Positions 10,282 through 19,851 of a DNA stretch of 64,000 nt are shown one piece after another; the stretch's first letter is position 1, and the number at the start of each line of letters is the position of its first letter. The stretch is from a virus, in IMG/VR virus record IMGVR_UViG_3300031853_000030; one strand, written 5' to 3'. The translations under genes and the position numbers were made by a program. Below the pieces are notes generated by a model. The model was not told the DNA's origin. It made no database searches and saw only the letters and a program-made list of their open reading frames with translations.

Positions 10282-11961
10282 TTAAAATTCATATAAAGAC
10301 CCAAATACAGAAAAGTTTTTGTGAGTACCTATGTAAATACTTATTAGCATTTCAATCATATATGAATATACTCTCCAACAATTAGATGTTTGATAACCAT
10401 ATATTGCGTCATTGATTGTTGCAAATTCATTCCATTGATAACATTGTTGCATCCATGTTCGTTGTTTAGGTTTACGATATTCTTCTATTACTTTCGTTCT
10501 AACGTGCTCTATCCAATCGAATAATGAATAAATATTGTATTTGTATGAAATGAATTTAATATAACCTTCAACAAATTGCATCATTTCACAGAACATTTCC
10601 CATTTCATAGCAAATATTTCGCGCATATAAAATGTTATAAACTCTTTATGTTTTGTGTATTCAATAATTTTGTCAACATCAATAACTTTATTTGATTGTA
10701 AATATTCAATCATATCAGTTTTTAACATGTCAGGACCACCAAACTCATTTACTTGATGTTCTATTAATGCAAAATCTGGATTATTATATGTTGAAATATC
10801 TAAATAAGGTCTATTGTTAAAGAAGCAAAAATATTGTATTTCATTATTATCTAATCGTCCAAAATTGATTAAGTTATTTATTGGGTAACGATGATAATGA
10901 GCAGTTCCTATATATTCAGAATAAATATTGTTAGCATATATGTAATGCATCATGACAAATTCTGAAAATATTCGATTAAACTCATTAATGTTATAACGAG
11001 AATATGGTAATGATAAGTCAAATGTATTATATACTAATGGATCTAGTTGTTGTGGTATTTTAAATTTATTTCCACATGCCCATATTTTAAGAACTTTTGA
11101 ACGTTCATTATAATGTTCGTGTAAACGTAATTTTATATCTTTGCGTTTTATACTATGAACAATCGTATTGTCATGATACATTAAATAATTATTTGTTTCA
11201 TGATAAGGTTTTTCTTTCCAAGAATTACTACCCGTATTTGTTGATAAATGTAATTTGCGAATATTTGGTTGAGTAAATGGATGTTCAATATTTTTAATAC
11301 TAAATAAATTATTTTCATCTAATGAAAAACAAGAAAATCCATTCAGTTTCGCAAATGTTGGAAAACCAACTTCAAAAAACAATTTAGTAATTATGTCATT
11401 ATTATTTAATGCATTGTTAAATGCCAATAAAAAATTATTTGAAAATCTACATATAGTAAAAAATCCCTTCCAAACGTCTTGTCTATTAATATTATTTCCG
11501 GGTATAGCTACTTGTAAAAAATATTTATAACGTATTTTACATTCATAATTTGACATCATATTCATTAAATGATCACAAATGACGTCATAATTTGTATCTG
11601 AAAAATAATCAAAAATATTTCTAAATGAATTATTGTCTGATGGGTTATAAACTGTAACATCATTTTCAATAAACCAATAATTTGAATATTGTGAATATGT
11701 ATTAAATACAGTTAAATAAATATTTGTTAAATGAGGATGTGATGCTTTGGGATCTATTTGAATGCAGTCTGAATACAATTTATCTTTATCAATATATACA
11801 AAAATATGTTTAATTTGCTTCTCATTTAATGTATCTATAATGTCTTCATTAGTTGAAACAAAAATTAATTCTTGATCATCTCGTAAACTACTCTTTATTG
11901 TGTTATAATGTTCTAAAATAATGTCAGAAAATACATGTGATATAAATGCTACTAATTCCAT
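10282..11961 (-). CDS. two-domain glycosyltransferase; C-terminal DUF4422-like (Galf-transferase-type) domain
   Basis: N-terminal YWFIENDV (ExD GT-A-like motif). C-terminal NRIFSEFVMMHYIYAN...YIGTAHYHRY and RVYSYMIEMLISIY resemble the DUF4422 motifs NxxYCELTxxYW...YIGLxHYRR and RxxGFLxERL. Confidence 0.6.
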   Translation of the reverse strand: MELVAFISHVFSDIILEHYNTIKSSLRDDQELIFVSTNEDIIDTLNEKQIKHIFVYIDKDKLYSDCIQIDPKASHPHLTNIYLTVFNTYSQYSNYWFIENDVTVYNPSDNNSFRNIFDYFSDTNYDVICDHLMNMMSNYECKIRYKYFLQVAIPGNNINRQDVWKGFFTICRFSNNFLLAFNNALNNNDIITKLFFEVGFPTFAKLNGFSCFSLDENNLFSIKNIEHPFTQPNIRKLHLSTNTGSNSWKEKPYHETNNYLMYHDNTIVHSIKRKDIKLRLHEHYNERSKVLKIWACGNKFKIPQQLDPLVYNTFDLSLPYSRYNINEFNRIFSEFVMMHYIYANNIYSEYIGTAHYHRYPINNLINFGRLDNNEIQYFCFFNNRPYLDISTYNNPDFALIEHQVNEFGGPDMLKTDMIEYLQSNKVIDVDKIIEYTKHKEFITFYMREIFAMKWEMFCEMMQFVEGYIKFISYKYNIYSLFDWIEHVRTKVIEEYRKPKQRTWMQQCYQWNEFATINDAIYGYQTSNCWRVYSYMIEMLISIYIGTHKNFSVFGSLYEF

Positions 11962-11990
11962 TAAAATGAAAATATGTTTAGTTTAAAATA

Positions 11991-12026
11991 AAAAAAGGTA
12001 CGTATCTATTCAAATACGTACCAAAA
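11991..12026 (-). terminator. intrinsic terminator
   Basis: A-run then GGTACGTAT-ctattcaa-ATACGTACC. Confidence 0.7.
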
Positions 12027-12044
12027 TAAATATATTGTGAATGC

Positions 12045-12971
12045 TTATTTAACTGCACCTTTAACAAATTCACCATCCTTAAGTTTATTAAGAGCTGAAC
12101 CTTCTGAACCTGGAAGTGAAGATTTAGCATCATCTTTATCACTACCACCTTGGTCAGTTTGAGGCATATCACCACGATTAGGTGCACCTTGTTCAGGATA
12201 GTTATTAGATTTAAGATCCATTAAGTTTTCTGCAACAAATTCTGCAACTGCATCAATATCAGTAAGATTTGCATGATATTTAGAGAAAATCTTTGGAACT
12301 TCTGGTTTAGCAGTTTTCTTAATGTACTCAATAATTGCTTTCTTATCCCACTTATCATCAAATAAGTTTTGACCTTCTACCTTTTCTGATGGGATCTTAC
12401 CATCATTCTTATTATCATCAGCTTTTACAGCAGCAATAGCACCTTGTGTAGCTTTAAGCATTTGAATTGGAGAAATATCGCCATCATAGTTACAACATAC
12501 CATTTTTGCATCTGGGTTAAATGCAAATACTTGTGACCATCTGTGGTGACCATCAATTACATAGTTCTTACGGAAAGTAATAAGTGGGAACTTGATAATA
12601 ACATCATTTTCACCTGTCTTATAGTAATTATCAATATTCTTTGGATCAATTGTAAGAGGGAAGTCAATTGATTTTTTAACATCAATTTCTGATTGAGTTG
12701 GACGTAAGTTACGTACAGGAATTTTAGTTACTTCAAACTTAAGTTTTGTATCACCTAACTCACCACCAAAACCATCTTCAAGAAGTTGAGCAGCTTTAGG
12801 GTCATCCAACATATCATTTAATGTCTTAATATAATCAGGATATTTTTTACCCTTAAGATATTTCTCAAGTTGTGCCTTACGATCATTATTGTCTTGTGTT
12901 TCAGACTCAAAAAGCTGCATTGATAATGATGTTAAATTTTGTTCATTAACATATTCATTAAATTTCTTCAT
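12045..12971 (-). CDS. ParB/Sulfiredoxin-like domain protein with capsid-targeting-like N-terminus
   Basis: IPVRNLRPTQSEID and YVIDGHHRW motifs. The real start is likely MKKFNEYVNE at 12971, because the longer track ORF runs through the promoter and terminator. Confidence 0.7.
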   Translation of the reverse strand: MKKFNEYVNEQNLTSLSMQLFESETQDNNDRKAQLEKYLKGKKYPDYIKTLNDMLDDPKAAQLLEDGFGGELGDTKLKFEVTKIPVRNLRPTQSEIDVKKSIDFPLTIDPKNIDNYYKTGENDVIIKFPLITFRKNYVIDGHHRWSQVFAFNPDAKMVCCNYDGDISPIQMLKATQGAIAAVKADDNKNDGKIPSEKVEGQNLFDDKWDKKAIIEYIKKTAKPEVPKIFSKYHANLTDIDAVAEFVAENLMDLKSNNYPEQGAPNRGDMPQTDQGGSDKDDAKSSLPGSEGSALNKLKDGEFVKGAVK

Positions 12972-13036
12972 ATTGCAATATATTGTTTTTAATTTATTGA
13001 ATTTAATTAAAAATAACACTATTATGTGAAATAGAC

Positions 13037-13070
13037 AAAAAAAGAATGGTAAACATACGTTTACCATTCT
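13037..13070 (-). terminator. intrinsic terminator
   Basis: A-run then AGAATGGTAAAC-atac-GTTTACCATTCT. Confidence 0.8.
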
Positions 13071-13093
13071 GCAATAAATTATATTGTTATAAC

Positions 13094-14374
13094 TTATTTT
13101 TGATTCTCAAGAATAGCAAGATCCTTTGCAACTTTATTAAGAAGAGCAATCTTAACTGGGTCATTCTTATATTGTTCAGCTAACATTGCAATTTTCTTTT
13201 TACGAATATCAAATTGAGCTTCCTTATTAGCTTCAAGTTGTTCACGAATTGCTTTAGCTTCAGGTGTTTCCATCTTCTTGCAATCTTCATTTATTCTTTC
13301 TTCATAAACAGCCTTAAGATCAATGCCTGAAACTTTCAATACATTATTAAGAGCTTCTGCCATATATTCGTAATTGTTTGAAGAAGAACCTGAATTGATA
13401 GAATGGAATACTGTTACATTAACATTATCTTTTCCTTCTACAATTGCAACTGTTGAACCATTTGAAGATTCAAGCATCTTAACATTGTCAAGAATACAAA
13501 CATTTGGCATTGCATTAAACATTTCTACAATAACAGTAGCAAGGTTCATGAAGTTAACCTTTTCTTGAATTGCCATAGTCTTTGAAACCATGTTTGCATA
13601 GTCCATAAACTTATTAGATGCATCGAATGTTTCATTAATTGATGAACCCTTTGTAAATGAAATAGAATCTTCACTTATCTTAATAGTAGCAACATCACCA
13701 TGAATACCTCTGTATTCAATAAATAAGTTATTGTCAGCATCACGCTTGAAGCTTTCAAGTAATTTGTTAATTCTATTGAACTTTTCGTCTTGACATACAC
13801 AATCCTCAACACCACTTTCAGTAATCTTAAATGTCTTACCATTTACATTAATTACTTTAGAATTATCTTCGTTCAATAATACGTAGCTAATAGGATTAGT
13901 TAAAGTATAATTAAGCGCTTGATGTTCTGTAATAGTTGTTTTATAGACTTCTTTGCAAACTGCTCTAAATTCAGGAATGTATTGTATATTCTTTAATGAA
14001 CCTGCTTTAATGTAAGAAATTACATCATTTTCGTTCATTTCAAGAAGCTTTTCAACTTGTTGTACACCAAGCTTATTGATGTAATTGTAAGTTGAATTGT
14101 TGTTTGCAATACTTTCGCAAGCTGAAGCTAATTTCCAAGAAATGTTATTTTCACTAATGAACTTATTTACAGATTCCAATATACTTGTCAAACCTGTGTC
14201 AAAGCTTAATTTAGATGCTTCAATAACGAAGCCATTAACTATACCGCAACTTGTAGGATTAGTATACACATATGCACGATAGTTATTCAAAACCTCTTTA
14301 CCTGCTTCAGTAATAGCTTCTGTAGAATTAAGCTTTTCAGCGAATTGCAGGTCTTTAAGTAATTTTACGCTCAT
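13094..14374 (-). CDS. putative virion/prohead-core structural protein
   Basis: 426 aa in a late block, with multiple (I/L)xE sites (AITE, ILE, LLE, INE) like T4 gp21 cleavage sites; codon usage looks like a highly expressed gene. Function is inferred. Confidence 0.45.
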   Translation of the reverse strand: MSVKLLKDLQFAEKLNSTEAITEAGKEVLNNYRAYVYTNPTSCGIVNGFVIEASKLSFDTGLTSILESVNKFISENNISWKLASACESIANNNSTYNYINKLGVQQVEKLLEMNENDVISYIKAGSLKNIQYIPEFRAVCKEVYKTTITEHQALNYTLTNPISYVLLNEDNSKVINVNGKTFKITESGVEDCVCQDEKFNRINKLLESFKRDADNNLFIEYRGIHGDVATIKISEDSISFTKGSSINETFDASNKFMDYANMVSKTMAIQEKVNFMNLATVIVEMFNAMPNVCILDNVKMLESSNGSTVAIVEGKDNVNVTVFHSINSGSSSNNYEYMAEALNNVLKVSGIDLKAVYEERINEDCKKMETPEAKAIREQLEANKEAQFDIRKKKIAMLAEQYKNDPVKIALLNKVAKDLAILENQK

Positions 14375-14489
14375 ACTTTATATATTTGTTATATTTTTAT
14401 CGAATTAACAGTTTTGGTCAGTAAACCAAAATAAAGTTATTTATATAATAATAAATTTTATTTTGCTATTTATTCAAGATATTTTCATA

Positions 14490-15689
14490 TTACCATCCAC
14501 CTGAGTAGAAATACGAACCAACAGTAACATCAGTTATTGTTTCATGGAATATCTCTTCATCTTTTTTCATACATATTACTTCAAAATCATAATTATAATT
14601 TGATATAAATGAAGAACTATGTACTGTTGATGATTCTTTTTTCTTTGATACACCTAATTTCTTAATTTTAAATTTAAGATCATCCGCGTCATCAACAAAT
14701 TGTTCATATGTTTGGTCTTCTTTATTCAATCCATTGATTTTTGCACTAATAATTTCGTTTTCATACTCATCTTTATCAGCTCCTATTGATGACCAAACTT
14801 CAAATCCATAAATTTTGTTAATGACTTTCATAATAAGTCCTATTACAGCAGAAGCTTCATTATCTCTATCATTACCACCTTGATAATATGACTTATGGCT
14901 GTCTTGATATTCTTTATTCATTAATTCTTGAAGATCACCACCAGAGTAATCACAATTATCAATAATTGATTTAATATGATTGATAGCGCCTGTCTTAAAT
15001 GATGGACGAGCTTTTAAGATTGAATTTTTAACGCCTTTTAATGCTTTTTGTAAATCTTCTTGATTTGCAGGATCTGCTAAAAATTCTCCAAGTTCTTTCT
15101 TTTCACTATATGTAAGTCCATTACCATTTTTCAAATACCAAACAATATTTGCAGGTGTTTTGAAGAAACTTTGTAAAATAGTATCATCTTTTGGATAATA
15201 AGGATTCCAACATCTAATTGGGTCAATTTGTTTTGTAATAAATTTAACGTCATGCCACTTTGCGGTTGAAACTGATTCTTCATATTCATTCCACCACTTA
15301 AGCATTTCATCTTTATCAAGTTTACCATCTGCAATTTGGTCAGCTATAAATTGTCCATAATCTGATTTACTAAATTCTTTCTTTTCACTTCTACCTTTAG
15401 GACCCCAAACTTGTTTAACAATTTCTTTAGGTGTGTACCCTGCTTTATCAATTAATATTTGCATTGGATATTTTGCAAGTACTTCTTCAGGAGAATAACC
15501 TGGTCTAAATCCTCCTCTTCCAAATGGACCTTTTTTAGGTTTAGGATTTTTCTTTTTTTCATAATCAGCGAAAATTTTCTCTAATTCTGCTTTATAATGT
15601 TTTGTTGAACCCCACGCTTCATTTATGGTTGAAATGTGACCTAATGATATTAAAGTAGTTTCATTAATTGTTTGATTTAAGTTTTTCAT
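14490..15689 (-). CDS. putative internal virion protein
   Basis: Likely start MKNLNQTINE at 15689; second INE site (STINEA). Confidence 0.55.
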   Translation of the reverse strand: MKNLNQTINETTLISLGHISTINEAWGSTKHYKAELEKIFADYEKKKNPKPKKGPFGRGGFRPGYSPEEVLAKYPMQILIDKAGYTPKEIVKQVWGPKGRSEKKEFSKSDYGQFIADQIADGKLDKDEMLKWWNEYEESVSTAKWHDVKFITKQIDPIRCWNPYYPKDDTILQSFFKTPANIVWYLKNGNGLTYSEKKELGEFLADPANQEDLQKALKGVKNSILKARPSFKTGAINHIKSIIDNCDYSGGDLQELMNKEYQDSHKSYYQGGNDRDNEASAVIGLIMKVINKIYGFEVWSSIGADKDEYENEIISAKINGLNKEDQTYEQFVDDADDLKFKIKKLGVSKKKESSTVHSSSFISNYNYDFEVICMKKDEEIFHETITDVTVGSYFYSGGW

Positions 15690-15706
15690 ATTATATTTAT
15701 ATTTAT

Positions 15707-15991
15707 TTACATTTTCCAACCCATTGTTGTACCTATGGCACCCATTACTAAACGTGAAGTTAATAATGAACCGAATGAACCTTTTGGATCAACTCCTAAA
15801 GCTTTACAAATAGCACCACCAAGTTTTGGTCCTAATGCTGAACCAAGAATAGCACCACCAATAGCACCAAATATACCTTCGTCAATTGGTGTTCCATTTT
15901 CTTTAGCTTCATTTAATTTTTCAATAATTGAATCATAAGTCAATTCTTCGGTTATAGGTTTATCATTTGCTATTTCTTCTAAATTCTTCAT
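15707..15991 (-). CDS. glycine-zipper small virion protein
   Basis: MKNLEEI...IDE then GIFGAIGGAILGSALGPKLGGAI (GxxxG repeats). Confidence 0.6.
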   Translation of the reverse strand: MKNLEEIANDKPITEELTYDSIIEKLNEAKENGTPIDEGIFGAIGGAILGSALGPKLGGAICKALGVDPKGSFGSLLTSRLVMGAIGTTMGWKM

Positions 15992-16008
15992 GTTATACTT
16001 TTATATTT

Positions 16009-16776
16009 TTAACCCCACAAAGCCTGATTATTGTATTTATGTCTAATTATATTGAACTCACCATAATAGTCTCTATTATTATCGGGTTTTAGTGCATCTG
16101 GGTATTCTCTATAAAATACTAATGCATCGGGTATAAGTAAAATTTTTAGTTTATGACTTAATATGTTTAGATAAAAATCATAATCTTGTGTGCATTTTAA
16201 GTAATTGTCATATTTAATGGCAAATTCTCTTAAATGGTTAATTTTATATGCTATACCACTATGAACTATAATATTTCTTTCTAAAAAATCAACTTTGTCA
16301 AATATACGATATCCATAATAATGCATAAAATTGAAATTATCAGTTTTACACACTTTATTAGTAGATAATGACGCACATAAAGTAACATCTTCCCATTGTT
16401 CGTATTTTGTCATAACTTCATATTGTGTTATTAAACGATTTGGAGCCATTATATCATCCGAATCAATATAAACAACTAAAGCGTTATCGGGAGTAAAAGA
16501 ATTTAAGTCATTAATTGCAACAGATAAAGTTGTATTATGTGCATGTCGCCAATACTTAATACATTTGTAGTTATCCATAATTTGGTCAAACATATTAAGT
16601 GTTTCATTGTTGTCGCTACCATCATCCATTACATGTAATTCTACTGGAACCTTTTCATATTTTCTATGAAATAACCAAATTGCCATGTCTATACTTTTAA
16701 AGCATTCCTCTAAATATAATGGATTTGTATTATAAAAACATACACATACACAAATATGTGTAATTAAATTGTTCAT
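16009..16776 (-). CDS. GT2-family glycosyltransferase
   Basis: VCFYN, MDDGS, YIDSDD (DxD), TQDYDFYL and LVFYR. Confidence 0.85.
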   Translation of the reverse strand: MNNLITHICVCVCFYNTNPLYLEECFKSIDMAIWLFHRKYEKVPVELHVMDDGSDNNETLNMFDQIMDNYKCIKYWRHAHNTTLSVAINDLNSFTPDNALVVYIDSDDIMAPNRLITQYEVMTKYEQWEDVTLCASLSTNKVCKTDNFNFMHYYGYRIFDKVDFLERNIIVHSGIAYKINHLREFAIKYDNYLKCTQDYDFYLNILSHKLKILLIPDALVFYREYPDALKPDNNRDYYGEFNIIRHKYNNQALWG

Positions 16777-16928
16777 ATTTCAATTACTTTATTTTGTTGA
16801 TTATAGACAATTGAATCTTTAAATATTGGAGATAAATAATCTAAATGCTTAAGTTTTTTCACCTCTATATCGTCTCCATATTTTGATCTCAATTCTTCTA
16901 ATTTCTCAATTAGTTCTTTGATTATCAT
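16773..16928 (-). CDS. small hypothetical protein
   Basis: MIIKELIEKLEELRSKYGDDIEV..., likely starting at 16928. Confidence 0.55.
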   Translation of the reverse strand: MIIKELIEKLEELRSKYGDDIEVKKLKHLDYLSPIFKDSIVYNQQNKVIEI

Positions 16929-16929
16929 G

Positions 16930-18122
16930 TTAATCTCCTGTCCAAGTTCCAGATCCTCTACCATATCCCATAGACCAAGAAAGTCTTTCGTCATCACTTA
17001 GACTATTCCACCATTTATTCCATTCTTCTTTTGCTTTCTTGCGTTTTTCTTCTTCCTCTTGACGTTTTTTAATTTCTGCCTTTTCTCTAGCATCTGCTTC
17101 ATCAGCCCATTCTTTAAGATGTTTTGGATCCTTCAACTCTTTTATTTTTTCTTCTCTATCTTTATTGAATTTGTCATTATTGACAACAATTTCCAATACT
17201 TTACCATCATAAGACTTCTTTATGTCACTTTCTTTAATTGTGACAGATATCTTACCTTTCATAAAAGGTTTAAGCATTGTAAACCATTCATTCCAATCTC
17301 TATTGTATTTTGAATAGTTATATTCTACAAATTTATCAGAATACCATGCACCAGCCCAAGTATAATCTCTAACATCTGGAACAACTGTCCAATTTTTTGT
17401 TGTTTCTTTATTAGGAAATTCTTTATAAGTAATTTTATCTGCAGGCAATGGAAGTTTAATCATTTGACTATGACTGTCTACAAATTTTACTACTTTAGTT
17501 CCATCTTCTTTTTCAAATTCTTCTGTCTTGTCAATACTGAAGAAAATTTTGTAAATGTTAGATTTTGTTATTTTGTAGTCTTTATTTTTAGGACCTTCAT
17601 TATAGATGTCAAATGTATAAGGAAGCTTTATTGGCTCTTTACTTTCATTTATTGCAGCAATACACTCTTTAATAAGTAATTGTTCATTATAAAATTCATT
17701 TAAACTTTTCATTCTGCTACTTTTTTCCATATTTTTTCAAAAGTGCTTTGGTCAGGAATAGGAATAAAACATCTATCCATAAACACACCAAGAATATATT
17801 GTTCATTTTTTGTTTTTTTACCTGCCATATATTCTTTTAAGAATCCATCAAACAATTTATAGTTTGTACCTCCATCGATATGACCTTCATTATCACCAAG
17901 TTCAATTTGTAAATTATCGATAGTTGACCATGCCATTGTAGAAAAATTCCAATCACATAAGAACATTGGTTCACGAGAATGCTTACCGTTGTTAGCATCC
18001 CATTTCATCATACGTTTAGCTATCATTGAAAGTATTGAATCTTCACCATCTTTAAAGTCCTTAATAATAGACATTGCTAAATCTTCTTTAGCTTCATTTA
18101 TATGTTGTGTAAGTGACATCAT
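16930..18122 (-). other. two putative internal virion proteins (16930-17712 MKSLNEFYNE..; 17709-18122 MMSLTQHINE..)
   Basis: Shared N-terminal M-K/x-x-L-x-E/Q-x-I/Y-N-E motif; late-block location. Confidence 0.55.
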
Positions 18123-18150
18123 GAATAAATAAATTTAATTTAATAAAAAT

Positions 18151-18179
18151 AAAAAAGAGACCCAAAATAAGGTCTCTTT
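18151..18179 (-). terminator. intrinsic terminator
   Basis: A-run plus AAAGAGACC-caaaataa-GGTCTCTTT. Confidence 0.75.
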
Positions 18180-18204
18180 AGTATATATCAAGTTAATTTT
18201 GTGA

Positions 18205-19815
18205 TTAATATTTTCCTTTGTTTCCACGTCCAGTAATTCTTGATGCTTGAAGTTTCATTTGTTCTCTAATCATTGATTTAGCATCATCTTCAGTAAAGTC
18301 TGCATCACCTGATGTTGCTTCAAAAATCTTTGCACAAATACCGAATGTACGAATAGAAACTTCCATTTCTGCATCTTTATTAAGAAGTTCAACTAAATAA
18401 TCATAAGCTTTAATTTTTGATTTAGCTGAAAGATGTTCAGGATCAATAGCTGGCATCAACTTCTTAATGATTTCAAGAATTTCTTCTGTAGTGAAGTTAA
18501 TATCTTGAATATATGAACGTCCTCTAAGAGCAGTATCAAGTTTACCTGCGTTCCAGTTAGTAATAACGATTATACCACCATTGTAATAGAATCTCTTAGG
18601 AATTTCCATACCTTCATCATCCATAAGTTTACCACTTACGCCATAAGATACAAGTCTTCCTTCATCATCTGCTGTACTATCAAGAGCAGCTTTAAGAATG
18701 TTAATACAATCTTCAGGAGCATTTGGTCCAACTAAAGCATCAGCATCGTCGATTAAAAGAATTTGTCCCTTATCTTGATATTCATAAAGAGCTAAATAAA
18801 GTCTACGTGGAGTACATTTACCCTTAATAGTAAATAAGTTATGTCCTTCATTATAATTATTAGCTTTAAGTTGTTGTTTTACTCTATAAGTTTTACCAAC
18901 ACCAGGAGCACCACAAAGAATTACAGATGGGTTAATTCCCTTAATAACCATCTTTACATAACCTTGCATTTTCTTAAATACTGTTTCAGGATCTTCACGT
19001 TCTTCTTTGAACTTTTCTTCTGCCTCCTTCATTGAAGCATCAATTTCAGCAACAATTTTAACGTTATGTTTTAATGCAACTTTAAGTTCAGCCATAGTAC
19101 TTGCACCACCTGCAATTGCTTTACGTACTTCTTCATATTCAGCATTTAATTCTTGGAATTTTTGTTTTGCTTCAGGTGAATCTTTACGATGTACATATGC
19201 ATCATGTGCTTTATCATATTTGTCTTGCTTAAACTTCTTAGTTTCTTCATCTTCATTTAAGTTAAATGCTTCTTCTATTAATTCACTTGACATACCTTCA
19301 AGAACATGATAACTTAAAGCGCCAATATAATAAAGTGATTCTTTAATTTTGCCATTCTTAAATATAGAACGACCAATTTCAATAGCCTTCTTTTCAGTTA
19401 AATCATATTTTTGTGAAGAGGCAACTGTCCAAATAATAGGTAAGAAATAAACTAATGAACTACCTAATGTGTAAATAGATAGTGATGCAGTTGACTTACC
19501 ATCAAATAATAGTTCGAGATCTTGGAAGAAGTCAATTGAATATGCATAATTAGATTTTCCTGATGGTAAAAAGTTAATTTGGAATAATGATGTGCTACCG
19601 AATTTCTTACCATTAAGCACCATATATTGTTTTGAAATCAACTTATCTTTACCAACCATATTAGTAGCAAAACCTTCAAGTGGGATAAGTCCATTAATAT
19701 GTTTCTTCAATAGTTTTTCAACCAATTCGAGCATTTTATTGACATCTTTGTCATTGAATGCTTCTGTAACCATTCCTTTTCTTCTTTTTTCTATAAACTC
19801 TAAAAATGTTCCCAT
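18205..19815 (-). CDS. AAA+ ATPase with long N-terminal domain and coiled coil
   Basis: Walker A GAPGVGKT, Walker B LLIDDAD, sensor-1 IVITN and Arg finger ALRGRS. Confidence 0.85.
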   Translation of the reverse strand: MGTFLEFIEKRRKGMVTEAFNDKDVNKMLELVEKLLKKHINGLIPLEGFATNMVGKDKLISKQYMVLNGKKFGSTSLFQINFLPSGKSNYAYSIDFFQDLELLFDGKSTASLSIYTLGSSLVYFLPIIWTVASSQKYDLTEKKAIEIGRSIFKNGKIKESLYYIGALSYHVLEGMSSELIEEAFNLNEDEETKKFKQDKYDKAHDAYVHRKDSPEAKQKFQELNAEYEEVRKAIAGGASTMAELKVALKHNVKIVAEIDASMKEAEEKFKEEREDPETVFKKMQGYVKMVIKGINPSVILCGAPGVGKTYRVKQQLKANNYNEGHNLFTIKGKCTPRRLYLALYEYQDKGQILLIDDADALVGPNAPEDCINILKAALDSTADDEGRLVSYGVSGKLMDDEGMEIPKRFYYNGGIIVITNWNAGKLDTALRGRSYIQDINFTTEEILEIIKKLMPAIDPEHLSAKSKIKAYDYLVELLNKDAEMEVSIRTFGICAKIFEATSGDADFTEDDAKSMIREQMKLQASRITGRGNKGKY

Positions 19816-19851
19816 AAAGTTGTATATTTAATTTATTAAAAATATTCTTAT

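Noticed and set aside
18205..19815. terminase or clamp-loader subunit
   Set aside because: No nuclease domain or terminase motifs, and no clamp or replication neighbours.
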